Below are positions 9,591-19,452 of a stretch of 64,000 nucleotides of DNA, one piece after another; within the stretch, counting starts at the first letter, position 1; every line of letters begins with the position of its first letter. The notes beneath the pieces were generated by a model, which did not search any database, was not told the DNA's origin, and saw only the letters and a list, made by a program, of their open reading frames with translations. The translations under genes and the position numbers were made by a program. Origin of the DNA: Thermoproteota archaeon (lineage in GTDB: Archaea > Korarchaeota > Korarchaeia > Korarchaeales > Korarchaeaceae); NCBI GenBank assembly GCA_027492205.1, contig JAOZFN010000010.1, positions 1 to 64,000 on the forward strand, given 5' to 3'.

Positions 9591-10799
9591 ATGGCCAGGA
9601 TAGTGGTTGAGAGATCTGCCCGTGTCCCAATGGACGAGCAGCCAATTGAGATCGTGGAGAGGAAGGGGATAGGCCACCCAGACACCATGTCGGACGCGAT
9701 AATGGAGAGGGTGTCCCTCGAGCTCAATAGGGAGTACCTGAGGAGATTTGGAGGAATCCTGCACTACAACGCCGATAAGTCCCTCCTGGCGGCCGGCGTC
9801 ACCGAGCCGGCATTTGGAGGGGGCAGGGTGGTCGAGCCCATGCTGATAGTCTTCGGAGACAGGGCTACCAACGTGTACGCCGGCGAGGAGATTCCTGTAG
9901 AGGAGATAGCCATCAGGGCCGCCAAGAGCTGGATAAGGGAGAACCTCCGGTTCGTGGATCCTGACGAGCACGTGAGGTACCAGGTGGAACTCAAGCCGGG
10001 AAGCGCGGAGCTCACGGACATATTCCGGAGGGGTGAGTCTGACCTGGGGGCCAACGACACGTCGGCGGCCGTGGGGTATGCCCCCCTCTCCCGAACCGAG
10101 AGAGCCGTGCTGGAGATAGAGAAGTTCCTCAACTCCCCCGAGTTCAAGAAGAGCCACCCCGAGACCGGCGAGGACATCAAGGTCATGGGGTACAGGGTGG
10201 GGGACAGGCTGGACATAACCGTGGCCGTCGCATTTGTGGACAGGTTCGTCTCCAGCGAGTCGGAGTACTTCCGGATGAAGGAGGAGGTTCTCGAGGAGCT
10301 CAACGCTTTCGTCAAGGAGAACTACGACTTCAGGGAGATAAACATAGCCATAAACACTCTGGACCGGCCTGGAAGGGGAGTTGACGGGGTTTACCTGACG
10401 GTCTTGGGAACCAGCGCCGAGGGAGGGGACTCCGGGCAGGTCGGGAGAGGAAACGGAGTCAACGGCGTCATTCCGCTAATGAGGCCCAGGAGCAGCGAGG
10501 CGGCTGCGGGCAAGAACCCGGTCAGCCACGTCGGAAAGATCTACAACATGCTTACCCACCATATAGCCAAGAAGATACACGAGGAGGTCCCCGGGATCAA
10601 GGAGGCTTACGTGTGGCTGCTCAGCAGGATAGGGCACCCAATCAGCGATCCCGCCTTGGCGGCCGCGGAGGTGTCCGTGGAGCCGGGGGTGTCTCTCGCG
10701 GACATCAGACCGGCCATCGAGGACATCGTTCGGCGGGAGCTGGAGAACATAACGGACTTCGTCGAGAGGCTCATCGAGGGTCAGATCCCGCCCTACTGA
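9591..10799 (+). CDS. mat: Archaeal S-adenosylmethionine synthetase
   Basis: ERKGIGHPDT, ANDTS, GEDIKVMG, GDSGQVGRGN, GKNPVSHVGKIY. Confidence 0.95.
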   Translation: MARIVVERSARVPMDEQPIEIVERKGIGHPDTMSDAIMERVSLELNREYLRRFGGILHYNADKSLLAAGVTEPAFGGGRVVEPMLIVFGDRATNVYAGEEIPVEEIAIRAAKSWIRENLRFVDPDEHVRYQVELKPGSAELTDIFRRGESDLGANDTSAAVGYAPLSRTERAVLEIEKFLNSPEFKKSHPETGEDIKVMGYRVGDRLDITVAVAFVDRFVSSESEYFRMKEEVLEELNAFVKENYDFREINIAINTLDRPGRGVDGVYLTVLGTSAEGGDSGQVGRGNGVNGVIPLMRPRSSEAAAGKNPVSHVGKIYNMLTHHIAKKIHEEVPGIKEAYVWLLSRIGHPISDPALAAAEVSVEPGVSLADIRPAIEDIVRRELENITDFVERLIEGQIPPY

Positions 10800-10808
10800 G
10801 GGGCGGGG

Positions 10809-11852
10809 TCATGCCCTCGCCTCCACCCTAACCTCTTCCGGGTCCACGATTCCGTCCCCGTTTTTGTCCCTCCAGTACACCAGGGTGACGTTGGCCGACA
10901 GCGCGGCCTGGAAGTTGGACGCCGCCCACATGAGCCCGGCCCTGGTGCCGTACCTCGTCACCCCGCCGATGAAGAGCGTTATCTCGCCCCCATCCTTGAC
11001 GGGAATCACGGCCGCGTAGTCCTTGTATCCGAAGTCTGCCCGCAGGGTGACGCCAGCGTACCTCATGCCGACGTAATATCCCCCGGCTTGAGCGAACTCT
11101 ACGACGGACGACGGCCAGTCAGGATTCACGAAGGGACCTCCGAGCACCACCTCAAGCCCGCCAGACCTGTCGGTCGAGTACCCCCCGAAGTAGGATTCGA
11201 TCAGGTCAGAGTTCATCTCGGCGTCCACCGACGACCTGGCCACCGGCCTGAAGGCCTCCGGCCCAGGGTAAGGGGTCTCCTCCAGCTTCGCCATGACCGT
11301 CCCAGATTGCGTGGGCTCAGACTCTGGGTCGTCGCTGTCCGCGCTGTAGGAGACAGTCACCTCGATGACGTCCCCCGGGCGGAGGATAGGGTCGAACGGG
11401 TCGCCGGTTGAGAGCGGATACACGAACTCGACCGTGGTTCCGGAGGGGCCCTCCTTCCCTGCGGACGACAGAACGTTCGGGTCGTCGAGCGAGCTCTCGC
11501 CGCCCCTGGTCTTCCGGTCCTCCACGAAGGTCCTTCCGGACGAAACCCAGGCGACTATCAGGTTGGCCCAACCGCCCTCACCGACCTTCCTCCACGAGAT
11601 CGCCACGTAGCCCTTGCCAGGGCTCGACAGCCCTACGTAGAGCCTCTGACCGTCGTGCATCCAGTGTACGGATACCCCGCCGACCGAGAGAGATGCGGGG
11701 TACTCACCCGGCCCTATGGTGCCCATCAGGGTCAGATACTTCGGATAGGGGACGCATGGAATCGTGACGTAACTATCTGCGGCCATCGAAGAAGCTGCGG
11801 GGGCCGGAATGCCCAGGAGCAGTAGCAGTGCAATCGTGCTTGCCCTTCGCAT
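10809..11852 (-). CDS. Secreted DOMON-like domain protein with C-terminal S-layer-like domain
   Basis: Signal peptide; LYVGL..GYVAI..ANLIVAW..EGPSGTTVEF..LSTGDPFD DOMON-like pattern; C-terminal GGPFVN...GVTRYGT...WRDKNGDG. Confidence 0.7.
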   Translation of the reverse strand: MRRASTIALLLLLGIPAPAASSMAADSYVTIPCVPYPKYLTLMGTIGPGEYPASLSVGGVSVHWMHDGQRLYVGLSSPGKGYVAISWRKVGEGGWANLIVAWVSSGRTFVEDRKTRGGESSLDDPNVLSSAGKEGPSGTTVEFVYPLSTGDPFDPILRPGDVIEVTVSYSADSDDPESEPTQSGTVMAKLEETPYPGPEAFRPVARSSVDAEMNSDLIESYFGGYSTDRSGGLEVVLGGPFVNPDWPSSVVEFAQAGGYYVGMRYAGVTLRADFGYKDYAAVIPVKDGGEITLFIGGVTRYGTRAGLMWAASNFQAALSANVTLVYWRDKNGDGIVDPEEVRVEARA

Positions 11853-11965
11853 ACTGCGGCGACTCCAAGTCGACCTTAATTCACTTTGTGTCGTCGGCAG
11901 CCGATGGCCTCCCCCTCAGGAGGCTGACCGCAGGTTTATTTCCCGTGGGCGCGGGGGCGCCTCAG

Positions 11966-12943
11966 ATGCCTGGCCGGGTTGAGGTGAAGATCCCAGAGGG
12001 GTCTGGCGGGAAGTTCTCCAAGGTCCTCGCGATCCTCGTCTTGCTCGTTCTGGTGGCCGTCTCCGCCAACAGGGTCGTGTTCAGGGTCGACTTGGGGTAC
12101 GTGGGGGTCATAGTTGATCCCATTACGGGTTACATCTCCCCAACCCCGGTGTTGGGGCCGAGGATCGGCTTCAAGGCCCCGTGGAGGGTGGTGAAGAACG
12201 TCTATGTAGCCACAGACGCCGTCCACATGTGGACCGAGTATCAGCAGGCCCTCGTCGGCCGGGGAGAGCTGATCGGCGACTATCCGGCCATCGAGACGCT
12301 GACCAAGGACGGCCTCCAGGCGTGGATAGACCTGACGGTCAGGTGGCATATCAGGCCGGAGTACGCCCCCGCGATCGTGAAGTCCTACCCCAACCTTGAC
12401 TACGAGGACAAGTTCCTCATACCGGAGATCAGGAAGGTCGCTAGGGATGTGGTGGCCCAGTACGAGGCCGCCATGATATCCGAAGTGCGTCAGAGCATAG
12501 GACTCGAGATAATGGACCGCCTGCAGAGGAACCTCGACGCTGATGAGAAGGTGGGAGGGGCCTTCGTCATAGACGAGGTCTACGTGAGGAACATAAGGCT
12601 GCCGGACGAGTTCATGAACGCGATTCAGGCGAAGCTCGCCGCTCAGCAGAGGATGATTGCAGCAGAGTACGAGAGGAACAGGACGCTGATCCTGGCCAAC
12701 GCGTCCGCGCAGGCCAAGATATTGGAGGCTCAGGGAGAGGCTGAGGCGAGGATAATTCAGGCAAAGGCCGTGGCCGACGCCATAGACCTGATAGCTCAGG
12801 CCGGTGGGAACAGGGAGACCATCGCCCAGCTATACGTCCTCCTTCAGAATCTGGCCCAGCTGCAGGCCAACGGCACTAGGTTCATAATAGTCCTCTCTCC
12901 GGAGGGCGCACAGCTCCCCATTCTCTACCCCGTGGGTGGGTGA
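11966..12943 (+). CDS. SPFH/prohibitin (band 7) membrane protein
   Basis: TM helix, TKDGLQ..IDLTVRW, VRNIRLP, AIQAKLAAQQ, EAQGEAEA coiled coil. Confidence 0.9.
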   Translation: MPGRVEVKIPEGSGGKFSKVLAILVLLVLVAVSANRVVFRVDLGYVGVIVDPITGYISPTPVLGPRIGFKAPWRVVKNVYVATDAVHMWTEYQQALVGRGELIGDYPAIETLTKDGLQAWIDLTVRWHIRPEYAPAIVKSYPNLDYEDKFLIPEIRKVARDVVAQYEAAMISEVRQSIGLEIMDRLQRNLDADEKVGGAFVIDEVYVRNIRLPDEFMNAIQAKLAAQQRMIAAEYERNRTLILANASAQAKILEAQGEAEARIIQAKAVADAIDLIAQAGGNRETIAQLYVLLQNLAQLQANGTRFIIVLSPEGAQLPILYPVGG

Positions 12944-12949
12944 GGGTTT

Positions 12950-13366
12950 ATGAGGGCCAACCTGACGGCGGTCCACGTAGTCAGGCTCGATACTGGAGAT
13001 GAGGTGATCTCGACGCTCTCGAGCAGGCTGAGAGAGCTTGGAGTCAAGGGCGCGGCGATAATGGGGATAGGCGGGGTCTCCAGGGCGAGGTTGGGGGTGT
13101 TCAACCCCTCGGTGGGGAAGTACATGGAGAGGGAGGTGGAGGGCTTTCACGAGGTGGTCTCCCTGATGGGGAACGTCTCGGTCCGGGAGGACGGGAGCAC
13201 GTTCCTCCACCTCCACGTGTCCCTGGCCAGCGAGTCCGGCCCCGTGGCGGGTCACCTGCTCGAGGCGGTCGTGGAGCCGACGCTAGAGGTGTTCGTGTTC
13301 TCGCTGGACTCAGAGATAAAGAGAACGCTGAAGACCCCCTACGGCTTCGTCGCGCTGGACGTGTGA
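12950..13366 (+). CDS. PPC domain (DUF296) protein
   Basis: VRLDTGDEV, EVVSLMGN, HLHVSL, GHL, TLEV. Confidence 0.9.
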   Translation: MRANLTAVHVVRLDTGDEVISTLSSRLRELGVKGAAIMGIGGVSRARLGVFNPSVGKYMEREVEGFHEVVSLMGNVSVREDGSTFLHLHVSLASESGPVAGHLLEAVVEPTLEVFVFSLDSEIKRTLKTPYGFVALDV

Positions 13367-13378
13367 ACCTCGGGGCCG

Positions 13379-13747
13379 TCACTTCTCCGGCGGAACCCCC
13401 TTGAGGGGGATCAAGCAGAGGAACTCTAGGTCCCCCTCGCCAGTGTTCTTGTAATAGTGCTCCACGTTGGGCGGGATGAACAGGAAGGTCCCCTCGCTCA
13501 CCACATATTCCTCCTCCCCTATCCTCACCAGGCCGCTTCCCCTCAGAACGAAGATCTCGTGCTCCCAGTCGTGAGAGTGCGAGGGGATGGATCCACCGGG
13601 ACCGATCCTGAAGAGCCTCATGGCGAAGTTCGGCGCCCCGTCCTTCCTGGAGATGAGCCACCTAATGGTCGTGTTCTCGGCTATCTCCACGGGCTCCTCG
13701 GGCACATCCCGAGAGTTTCCAACCTTTGGCTTCAACTCCGTGGTCAC
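13379..13747 (-). CDS. Cupin domain protein
   Basis: GAPNFAMR, HSHDWEHE, IPPNVEH metal-binding motifs. Confidence 0.9.
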   Translation of the reverse strand: MTTELKPKVGNSRDVPEEPVEIAENTTIRWLISRKDGAPNFAMRLFRIGPGGSIPSHSHDWEHEIFVLRGSGLVRIGEEEYVVSEGTFLFIPPNVEHYYKNTGEGDLEFLCLIPLKGVPPEK

Positions 13748-13774
13748 CGGTCCGGACCCCTGGGCTAACGACTC

Positions 13775-14686
13775 TTAATCTCTCCCCCTGCCCTTGGGCA
13801 CCCTGACCTTGGCGATGTCCCCCAGCAGAGCCTTGAGGCGCCTAACCAGTTCCTGAAGCTTCCTGTTGGCTTCTGCTGATCTCCTCTTCATAAGCTCACA
13901 GTCCCTGTCCCCGAACTTCAGGGGGAAGGTGGCTTGGAGCCTGATGGGAGTTATGGAGATGGCCCTCTCCACCATCAGCGCGTAGAGGTCTGTCCCTCTC
14001 TCCCTCTCCCCGACGCTCAGTGGGTTTGATCCGATCCAGTAGTAGGGCTTGCCGCGGGGGTCGAGCCTCTCCAGGATGTAGTTCTCGAACTTGGTCCAGC
14101 CGAGCCTGGTGAGCCTGACCGGGGTGTCGTCGGAAATTCGAAACGGGAAGTTGACGTTCAGGAGGTCCACTCCCTCCGGGAGCCCGTTCTCGAGGATCCA
14201 GGCGGCGATCTCGGCCGCGACCCTGCCGTGAATAGAGAAGGCCTCGGGGGTTGTCGGCTTATGGGTCTCTGGTATCTCCGCCGAGAAGGCGACCGCCGGG
14301 ATGCCGTTGAGGACGCCCTGAATTGCTCCAGCGATTGTTCCACTGGTGAACAGGTTGTCCACCGTGATGTTGTCGCCCATGTTTATGCCGCTGACCACGA
14401 GGTCGGGCTTGTCCGCCATGATCTCGCCGAGGGCTATCATTACGCAGTCTCCGGGCGTTCCGCTCACTAGGTAGGCCTTGCCGTACTTTCCCCTGCCCAG
14501 CTTGGCGTAGATCTCCCTCACCCTGAGGGGCTTGTGCAGCGTCACGCCCTTGCCGGCGGCGCTCATCTCCCGCTCCGGAACTACGCAGGTCACCTCCCCA
14601 ATCTCCTTGTCCAGGAGCGCTCGCCAGAGGGACCTGAGGGCGGGGGAGTTCACGCCGTCGTCGTTCGTTACGAGGATGGAAGGCAT
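13775..14686 (-). CDS. surE: 5'/3'-nucleotidase SurE
   Basis: ILVTNDDG, GTPGDCV, SGINMGDN, SGTIAGA, NVNFP. Confidence 0.95.
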   Translation of the reverse strand: MPSILVTNDDGVNSPALRSLWRALLDKEIGEVTCVVPEREMSAAGKGVTLHKPLRVREIYAKLGRGKYGKAYLVSGTPGDCVMIALGEIMADKPDLVVSGINMGDNITVDNLFTSGTIAGAIQGVLNGIPAVAFSAEIPETHKPTTPEAFSIHGRVAAEIAAWILENGLPEGVDLLNVNFPFRISDDTPVRLTRLGWTKFENYILERLDPRGKPYYWIGSNPLSVGERERGTDLYALMVERAISITPIRLQATFPLKFGDRDCELMKRRSAEANRKLQELVRRLKALLGDIAKVRVPKGRGRD

Positions 14687-14690
14687 TCCG

Positions 14691-15407
14691 TCACTCCCCG
14701 CCTAGGGCCGACATGACCACATCGACGGCGAACTTCTCCTCCGGCTGAACGCCCACGAGCCGCCCCTTCGCCACCCACTTCCCGTCCTCGTAGGTGTAAA
14801 CCACTGTGTCGGGGACGGCGCTCACCCCCAGCGAGTCGGCGAGGTCTGGGTTCTCCCAGGCCTCCACGGTCTCGGCCTCGATCGTTTTCGGCACAGCTAT
14901 GGCGAACTTATTCGCCAGGAGGACCTGGTGCGGGCAGTAGGGGCAAGTGGGCGTGACGTACACCTGCAGCTTGATCCGCTTGCCCAGCTCGGTGAGCTTC
15001 TTCAGGGCGTCAACCGTGCTCGGCGAGAGCCCGCTCTCACCCTTGGAAGTTAGGATGATGGTCTCGAGGAACGCCCACGCCTCGTAGCCTGAGGGAGCCC
15101 CGGTGTACCGGATGGCCACCCTGTCTGGGCCTATCAGCACCGTAGGCGTCCTCCTCGGGTCTACCCCGAGATCCTCAGCCTCCTCAAGACTGTTCGTGAC
15201 GTCGACTATCCTCGGGATCACCTTGTCGCTCAGGTCCGCGATTTCCCGTATTAACTGGGCTGTCCACTGGGAGTACTCGGCGTTTTGACTGCCGACGACG
15301 GTGACGACCTCTACGGGGTCCCTCATCTCGGCTTCGAGCCTAGCCTTGAGCTCTGAAGCCGTCTTTTCGTCAATTATTCTGTCGTGAACGTGCTCGTGGT
15401 GTCCCAA
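14691..15407 (-). CDS. Protein disulfide oxidoreductase (archaeal PDO, two thioredoxin folds)
   Basis: GAPSGYE, VTPTCPYCP, VSAVP; GAGGTGA RBS before TTG. Confidence 0.85.
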   Translation of the reverse strand: MGHHEHVHDRIIDEKTASELKARLEAEMRDPVEVVTVVGSQNAEYSQWTAQLIREIADLSDKVIPRIVDVTNSLEEAEDLGVDPRRTPTVLIGPDRVAIRYTGAPSGYEAWAFLETIILTSKGESGLSPSTVDALKKLTELGKRIKLQVYVTPTCPYCPHQVLLANKFAIAVPKTIEAETVEAWENPDLADSLGVSAVPDTVVYTYEDGKWVAKGRLVGVQPEEKFAVDVVMSALGGE

Positions 15408-15626
15408 TAGATCACCTCGTGGCCCCCTCTCAACACAAGGCTATTTAAGTTATTCTCCCGCCCCCGAGAGATCAAAGGGCCGTTTGAGCCTCTCGGAGGA
15501 TCTTGAACGGTTATTTTGGATCCCCCAGGCTACGATCTAAATCTCCAGGGGTCAGGAGATCTGCCTCTGCTCCACTGTGTCAACGTTTTTTACATCCACG
15601 GAACGGGGAGCAGGGGGTGTCCCCTA

Positions 15627-16208
15627 ATGCTGGAAATCAGGTGGCACGGCCGGGGAGGTCAGGGCGTCTGGAGCGCATCAGCCGTCCTGGCTTCCGCGGC
15701 CATAAACACGGGAAAGTACGCACAGTCCTTTCCGCAATTTGGACCCGAGAGGACCGGCGCACCCGTCCTGGCCTTCAACAGGATCGACGACAGGCCCATC
15801 GTCGTTCACTCGATGATCTACGAGCCGGACATTGTGGTTGTCATCGACAGGACTCTGCTCTCGGATAGGGAGGCGATACTTGGTGGCCTGAGACCTGGTG
15901 GCCACCTCATAGCCGACACAGATGAATCTCCCGAGGAGCTCCGTGCCAGGCTGCGGGTCTCCGATAGCATCCATGTCTGGACCCTGGATGCCGTGACCCT
16001 AGCCCTCGAGGAGGTCGGAAGGGCCGTCACGAACACGCCCATGCTGGGAGCCGTGATCAAGGCCGCGGGCGTAGTCCCGCTCGAGGCCATAGAGGAGTCC
16101 ATCAAGGAGAGGTGGAAGGGCGAGATCGGAGAAAAGAACGTCAAGGCCGTCCGGAGGGCCTTCAACGAGGTTGAGCACTCTCCGGCTAAGGTGGAGGTGA
16201 CCGCGTGA
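15627..16208 (+). CDS. porG: Pyruvate/2-oxoacid:ferredoxin oxidoreductase gamma subunit
   Basis: MLEIRWHGRGGQG, FGPERTGAPV, NTPMLGA. Confidence 0.93.
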   Translation: MLEIRWHGRGGQGVWSASAVLASAAINTGKYAQSFPQFGPERTGAPVLAFNRIDDRPIVVHSMIYEPDIVVVIDRTLLSDREAILGGLRPGGHLIADTDESPEELRARLRVSDSIHVWTLDAVTLALEEVGRAVTNTPMLGAVIKAAGVVPLEAIEESIKERWKGEIGEKNVKAVRRAFNEVEHSPAKVEVTA

Positions 16209-16480
16209 TGTCCGCGCTGAGGGGCTGGAAGGAGATCCCCATCGCGGGTATACCGTTCGAGCCTGCCGTGAAGTACAAGACCGGAGACTGGAGAGTCTTC
16301 AGGCCGGTGATCGATAACGAGAAGTGCATCAAGTGTGGGCTGTGCTGGATGTTCTGCCCCGACAGCTCCATCATCTGGGACGGAGACAACTTCCCGACCG
16401 TCGACTACGAGCACTGCAAGGGGTGCGGCATCTGCGCTCACGAGTGCCCCACGAAGGCCATCGAGATGGTCAGGGGATGA
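16208..16480 (+). CDS. porD: Pyruvate/2-oxoacid:ferredoxin oxidoreductase delta subunit
   Basis: KTGDWR, CIKCGLCWMFCP and CKGCGICAHECP 2x[4Fe-4S] motifs. Confidence 0.93.
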   Translation: MSALRGWKEIPIAGIPFEPAVKYKTGDWRVFRPVIDNEKCIKCGLCWMFCPDSSIIWDGDNFPTVDYEHCKGCGICAHECPTKAIEMVRG

Positions 16481-16505
16481 TTGTTGATTTGGGAGGTGTG
16501 AGTCA

Positions 16506-17744
16506 ATGGCCAAGTCCGTTCAGCAGAGGATGATGTCCCTCAACGGGGATGAGGCAGTTGCATGGGCGGCCAGGCAGAGCAACGTTGACGTCGTGGCCGC
16601 CTTCCCGATAACCCCCCAGACGATCATCATGGAGAGGATCGCAGAGTTCATCCACGACGGACTGATGGACTCTGAGATCATCAGGGTTGAGAGCGAGCAC
16701 AGCGCCCTGAGCGCCTCTTGGGGCGCCTCGATCGCCGGGGCGAGGGCGTTCACGGCCACGGCGGCCAACGGACTCGCCCTCATGTGGGAGATCCTCTACA
16801 TAGTCGCGTCGAGCAGGGCCCCCGTGGTGATGGCGGTTGTCAACAGGGCCCTGAGCGCCCCGATCAACATCCACTGTGACCACAGCGACTCCATGGGAGC
16901 CAGAGACTCTGGCTGGATCCAGATCTACAGTGAGGACGCCCAGGAGGCGTACGACAACACGATCCAGGCCTTCAGAATAGCGGAGCACGAGAACGTCCAG
17001 CTCCCGGTCATGGTGATGCTGGACGGCTTCCTGATCTCCCACACGATGCAGAACGTACAGATACTTCCTGAGGACGTAGTGTCGGATTTCGTGGGCTACA
17101 GGAAGCCCTCGAGGATCAAGCTGCCCGAGTTCTACGGCGAGAAGGAGATCCCCCTCATGCTCAACCCCAAGTACCCGATCTCCATAGGCCCGCTTGACCT
17201 TTACGACTACTACTTCGAGCACAAGATGCAGCAGATCGAGGCCATGAAGAGGGCGCCCGAGGTGATCAAGGAGATCCACAAGGAGTTCGCGGAGATAAGC
17301 GGAAGATCCTACGGCGACGGCCTGCTCGACCCATACAGGGCGGAGGATGCGGACGCCCTGATAATGGGCATAGGGAGCACGATGGGCACCATGAAGGCCG
17401 TGGTCGACGAGCTCAGGGAGGAAGGAAAGAAGGTGGGCTCCGTCAGGATCAGGACATTCAGGCCCTTCCCGGCCGACGAGATAAGGAAGCTTGCCTCGGG
17501 CGTCTCCTCTCTGGGAGTGCTTGACAGGAGCGCCAGCTTCGGAGCGGAGGGCGGGCCCCTGTTCATGGAGGTTAGGTCGGCCCTCTACAGCCTCAAGGAC
17601 AGGCCGCCGGTGCTCGGCTACATCTACGGACTGGGAGGCAGGGACATGCCGCCGAGGCTCCTGAAGAAGATCGCCGAGGAGGTTCTGAGCGCCAGGGAGG
17701 AGCCGGAGAGGCCCAGGGTGGGCTACCCGGGGGTGAGGGAGTAG
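16506..17744 (+). CDS. porA: Pyruvate/2-oxoacid:ferredoxin oxidoreductase alpha subunit
   Basis: AFPITPQT, ESEHSA, NRALSAPINIH, GLGGRD. Confidence 0.93.
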   Translation: MAKSVQQRMMSLNGDEAVAWAARQSNVDVVAAFPITPQTIIMERIAEFIHDGLMDSEIIRVESEHSALSASWGASIAGARAFTATAANGLALMWEILYIVASSRAPVVMAVVNRALSAPINIHCDHSDSMGARDSGWIQIYSEDAQEAYDNTIQAFRIAEHENVQLPVMVMLDGFLISHTMQNVQILPEDVVSDFVGYRKPSRIKLPEFYGEKEIPLMLNPKYPISIGPLDLYDYYFEHKMQQIEAMKRAPEVIKEIHKEFAEISGRSYGDGLLDPYRAEDADALIMGIGSTMGTMKAVVDELREEGKKVGSVRIRTFRPFPADEIRKLASGVSSLGVLDRSASFGAEGGPLFMEVRSALYSLKDRPPVLGYIYGLGGRDMPPRLLKKIAEEVLSAREEPERPRVGYPGVRE

Positions 17745-17755
17745 GGGGTGATTGT

Positions 17756-18757
17756 ATGGCTGAGACCAAGTGGGTTCCCAACATAAGGCAGATCGCGAAG
17801 GAGATGCACGAGAGGGGCTTCACCGGGATCACTCCGGGCCACAGGCTCTGCGCCGGATGCGTGGCCGGAACCATCGTCAGGCAGGTTATGATGGCCGCTA
17901 GGAAGCCGGTCGTCGTCATCAACGCGACTGGCTGCCTCGAGGTGGCCACCACGATCTTTCCTTACACCGCTTGGCAGGTCCCGTGGGCGCACAACGCCTT
18001 TGAGAACGCCGCCGCCGTGGCTTCTGGCGTTGAGAGGGCTCAAGCCAAGCTCATCAGGGACAAGAGGTTCGAGGGAGACCCGGACATAGAGATGGACTAC
18101 GACATCGTCGTCTTCGGCGGCGACGGAGGCACCTACGACATAGGCCTCCAGGCGCTTTCTGGCGCCTTGGAGAGGGGCCACAAGTTCATGTACGTCCTCT
18201 ACGACAACGAGGCGTACATGAACACGGGCATCCAGAGGTCAGGAAGCACTCCCTTCGGGGCGTGGACCACCACGACACCGGCGGGCAAGGTCATACCGGG
18301 CAAGCCGGTCGGAAAGAAGCCGCTGGTGGACATAATAGCGGCCCACAGGATCCCCTACGTCGCCACCGTCTCGCCCTACTACTGGAATGACGCGCTCGTG
18401 AAGTTCAGGAAGGGATTTGAGGCCGACGGACCGGTGTTCATCAGGGCGTTCTCCACGTGTAACAGGGGCTGGTACAACGCCCCGGAGGAGTCCATAGCGA
18501 TCTCCAGGCTAGCCGTGGAGACCTGCGTCTTCCCGCTCTACGAGGTCGTAAACGGGGTTGAGTGGAGGCTCTCACCGCCCAGCCTCGCCATAGCCAAGAA
18601 CCCTCAGAAGAAGAAGCCGGTGGAGGAGTACCTGAAGACCCAGCGCAGGTTCAGGCACATGTTTAAGCCCGAGAACAGGTGGATGATCAAGCGCTTCCAG
18701 GAGATGGTTGACTACGAGTGGGAGCTCCTACTGGAGCGAGTCGGGCTCAAGGGCTGA
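17756..18757 (+). CDS. porB: Pyruvate/2-oxoacid:ferredoxin oxidoreductase beta subunit
   Basis: GHRLCAGC, ATGCLEV, GGDGGTYDIG, DNEAYMNTGIQRS. Confidence 0.93.
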   Translation: MAETKWVPNIRQIAKEMHERGFTGITPGHRLCAGCVAGTIVRQVMMAARKPVVVINATGCLEVATTIFPYTAWQVPWAHNAFENAAAVASGVERAQAKLIRDKRFEGDPDIEMDYDIVVFGGDGGTYDIGLQALSGALERGHKFMYVLYDNEAYMNTGIQRSGSTPFGAWTTTTPAGKVIPGKPVGKKPLVDIIAAHRIPYVATVSPYYWNDALVKFRKGFEADGPVFIRAFSTCNRGWYNAPEESIAISRLAVETCVFPLYEVVNGVEWRLSPPSLAIAKNPQKKKPVEEYLKTQRRFRHMFKPENRWMIKRFQEMVDYEWELLLERVGLKG

Positions 18758-18840
18758 TGGGCTGAAGGCCCGGCCCACCCCACCACCCATTTTTTCCGAG
18801 AAAGGCGGAGAAACCTTTTTGAGTGGATAACCCTGCAAGC

Positions 18841-19131
18841 ATGGGGTCAAGGGTGGCCGAGAGGCGGGTGTACCTCAAGATCAGCGGGATCGTGCAGGGC
18901 GTCGGCTTCAGAGCCTTCGTGTGGAGGAACGCGCGATCCCTTGGCCTGAAGGGGTACGTTAGAAATCTTCCAGACGGAACTGTGGAGGTCGTGGCCGAGG
19001 GGGACGAGCAGGCCTTGAGGAAGCTCGTTGACCTCTGCTGGAGGGGGCCTGCCTTCGCTAGGGTCGACTCAGTGACGGAACGCTGGGAGGACCCCGAGGG
19101 GGAGTTCGAGGACTTCTCCATCGCCTGGTGA
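18841..19131 (+). CDS. acyP: Acylphosphatase
   Basis: SGIVQGVGFR, GYVRNLPDGTVE. Confidence 0.93.
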   Translation: MGSRVAERRVYLKISGIVQGVGFRAFVWRNARSLGLKGYVRNLPDGTVEVVAEGDEQALRKLVDLCWRGPAFARVDSVTERWEDPEGEFEDFSIAW

Positions 19132-19153
19132 TCCCAACCCAACCCCTCTCTGA

Positions 19154-19411
19154 TCACTCCTCCTCCCAGAAGTCCTCCTCCGCCAGGCCCCAATCCTCCT
19201 CCTCTTCCTCTTCCGTCTCCCAGAGGTCCTCGTCCTCGAGCCAGCTCTCCTCTTCAAAGCCCTCCTCTATTAGGTCGACCTCCTCAACGACTCCCTCTGA
19301 GATTATCACGTGCAGGAGGGCCTTGCACGAAGGACAGGAGACCTCCCCCTCGTAGTCCATCTCCTCGATCTTGAAGTGGGCCCCGCAGGAGGGGCAGACT
19401 ATCTCAGGCAT
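19154..19411 (-). CDS. LysW-like zinc-ribbon protein with extended acidic Trp-rich tail
   Basis: CPSCGA...CPSCKALL ribbon; internal EEDWG; ends EEDFWEEE. Confidence 0.65.
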   Translation of the reverse strand: MPEIVCPSCGAHFKIEEMDYEGEVSCPSCKALLHVIISEGVVEEVDLIEEGFEEESWLEDEDLWETEEEEEEDWGLAEEDFWEEE

Positions 19412-19452
19412 GGCTCACGCCGCGGCGGGGCCCGGGCGTGCGATTCATAAAC

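Noticed and set aside
19128-19355. Ser-rich plus-strand ORF
   Set aside because: Antisense of the Glu-rich LysW-like gene
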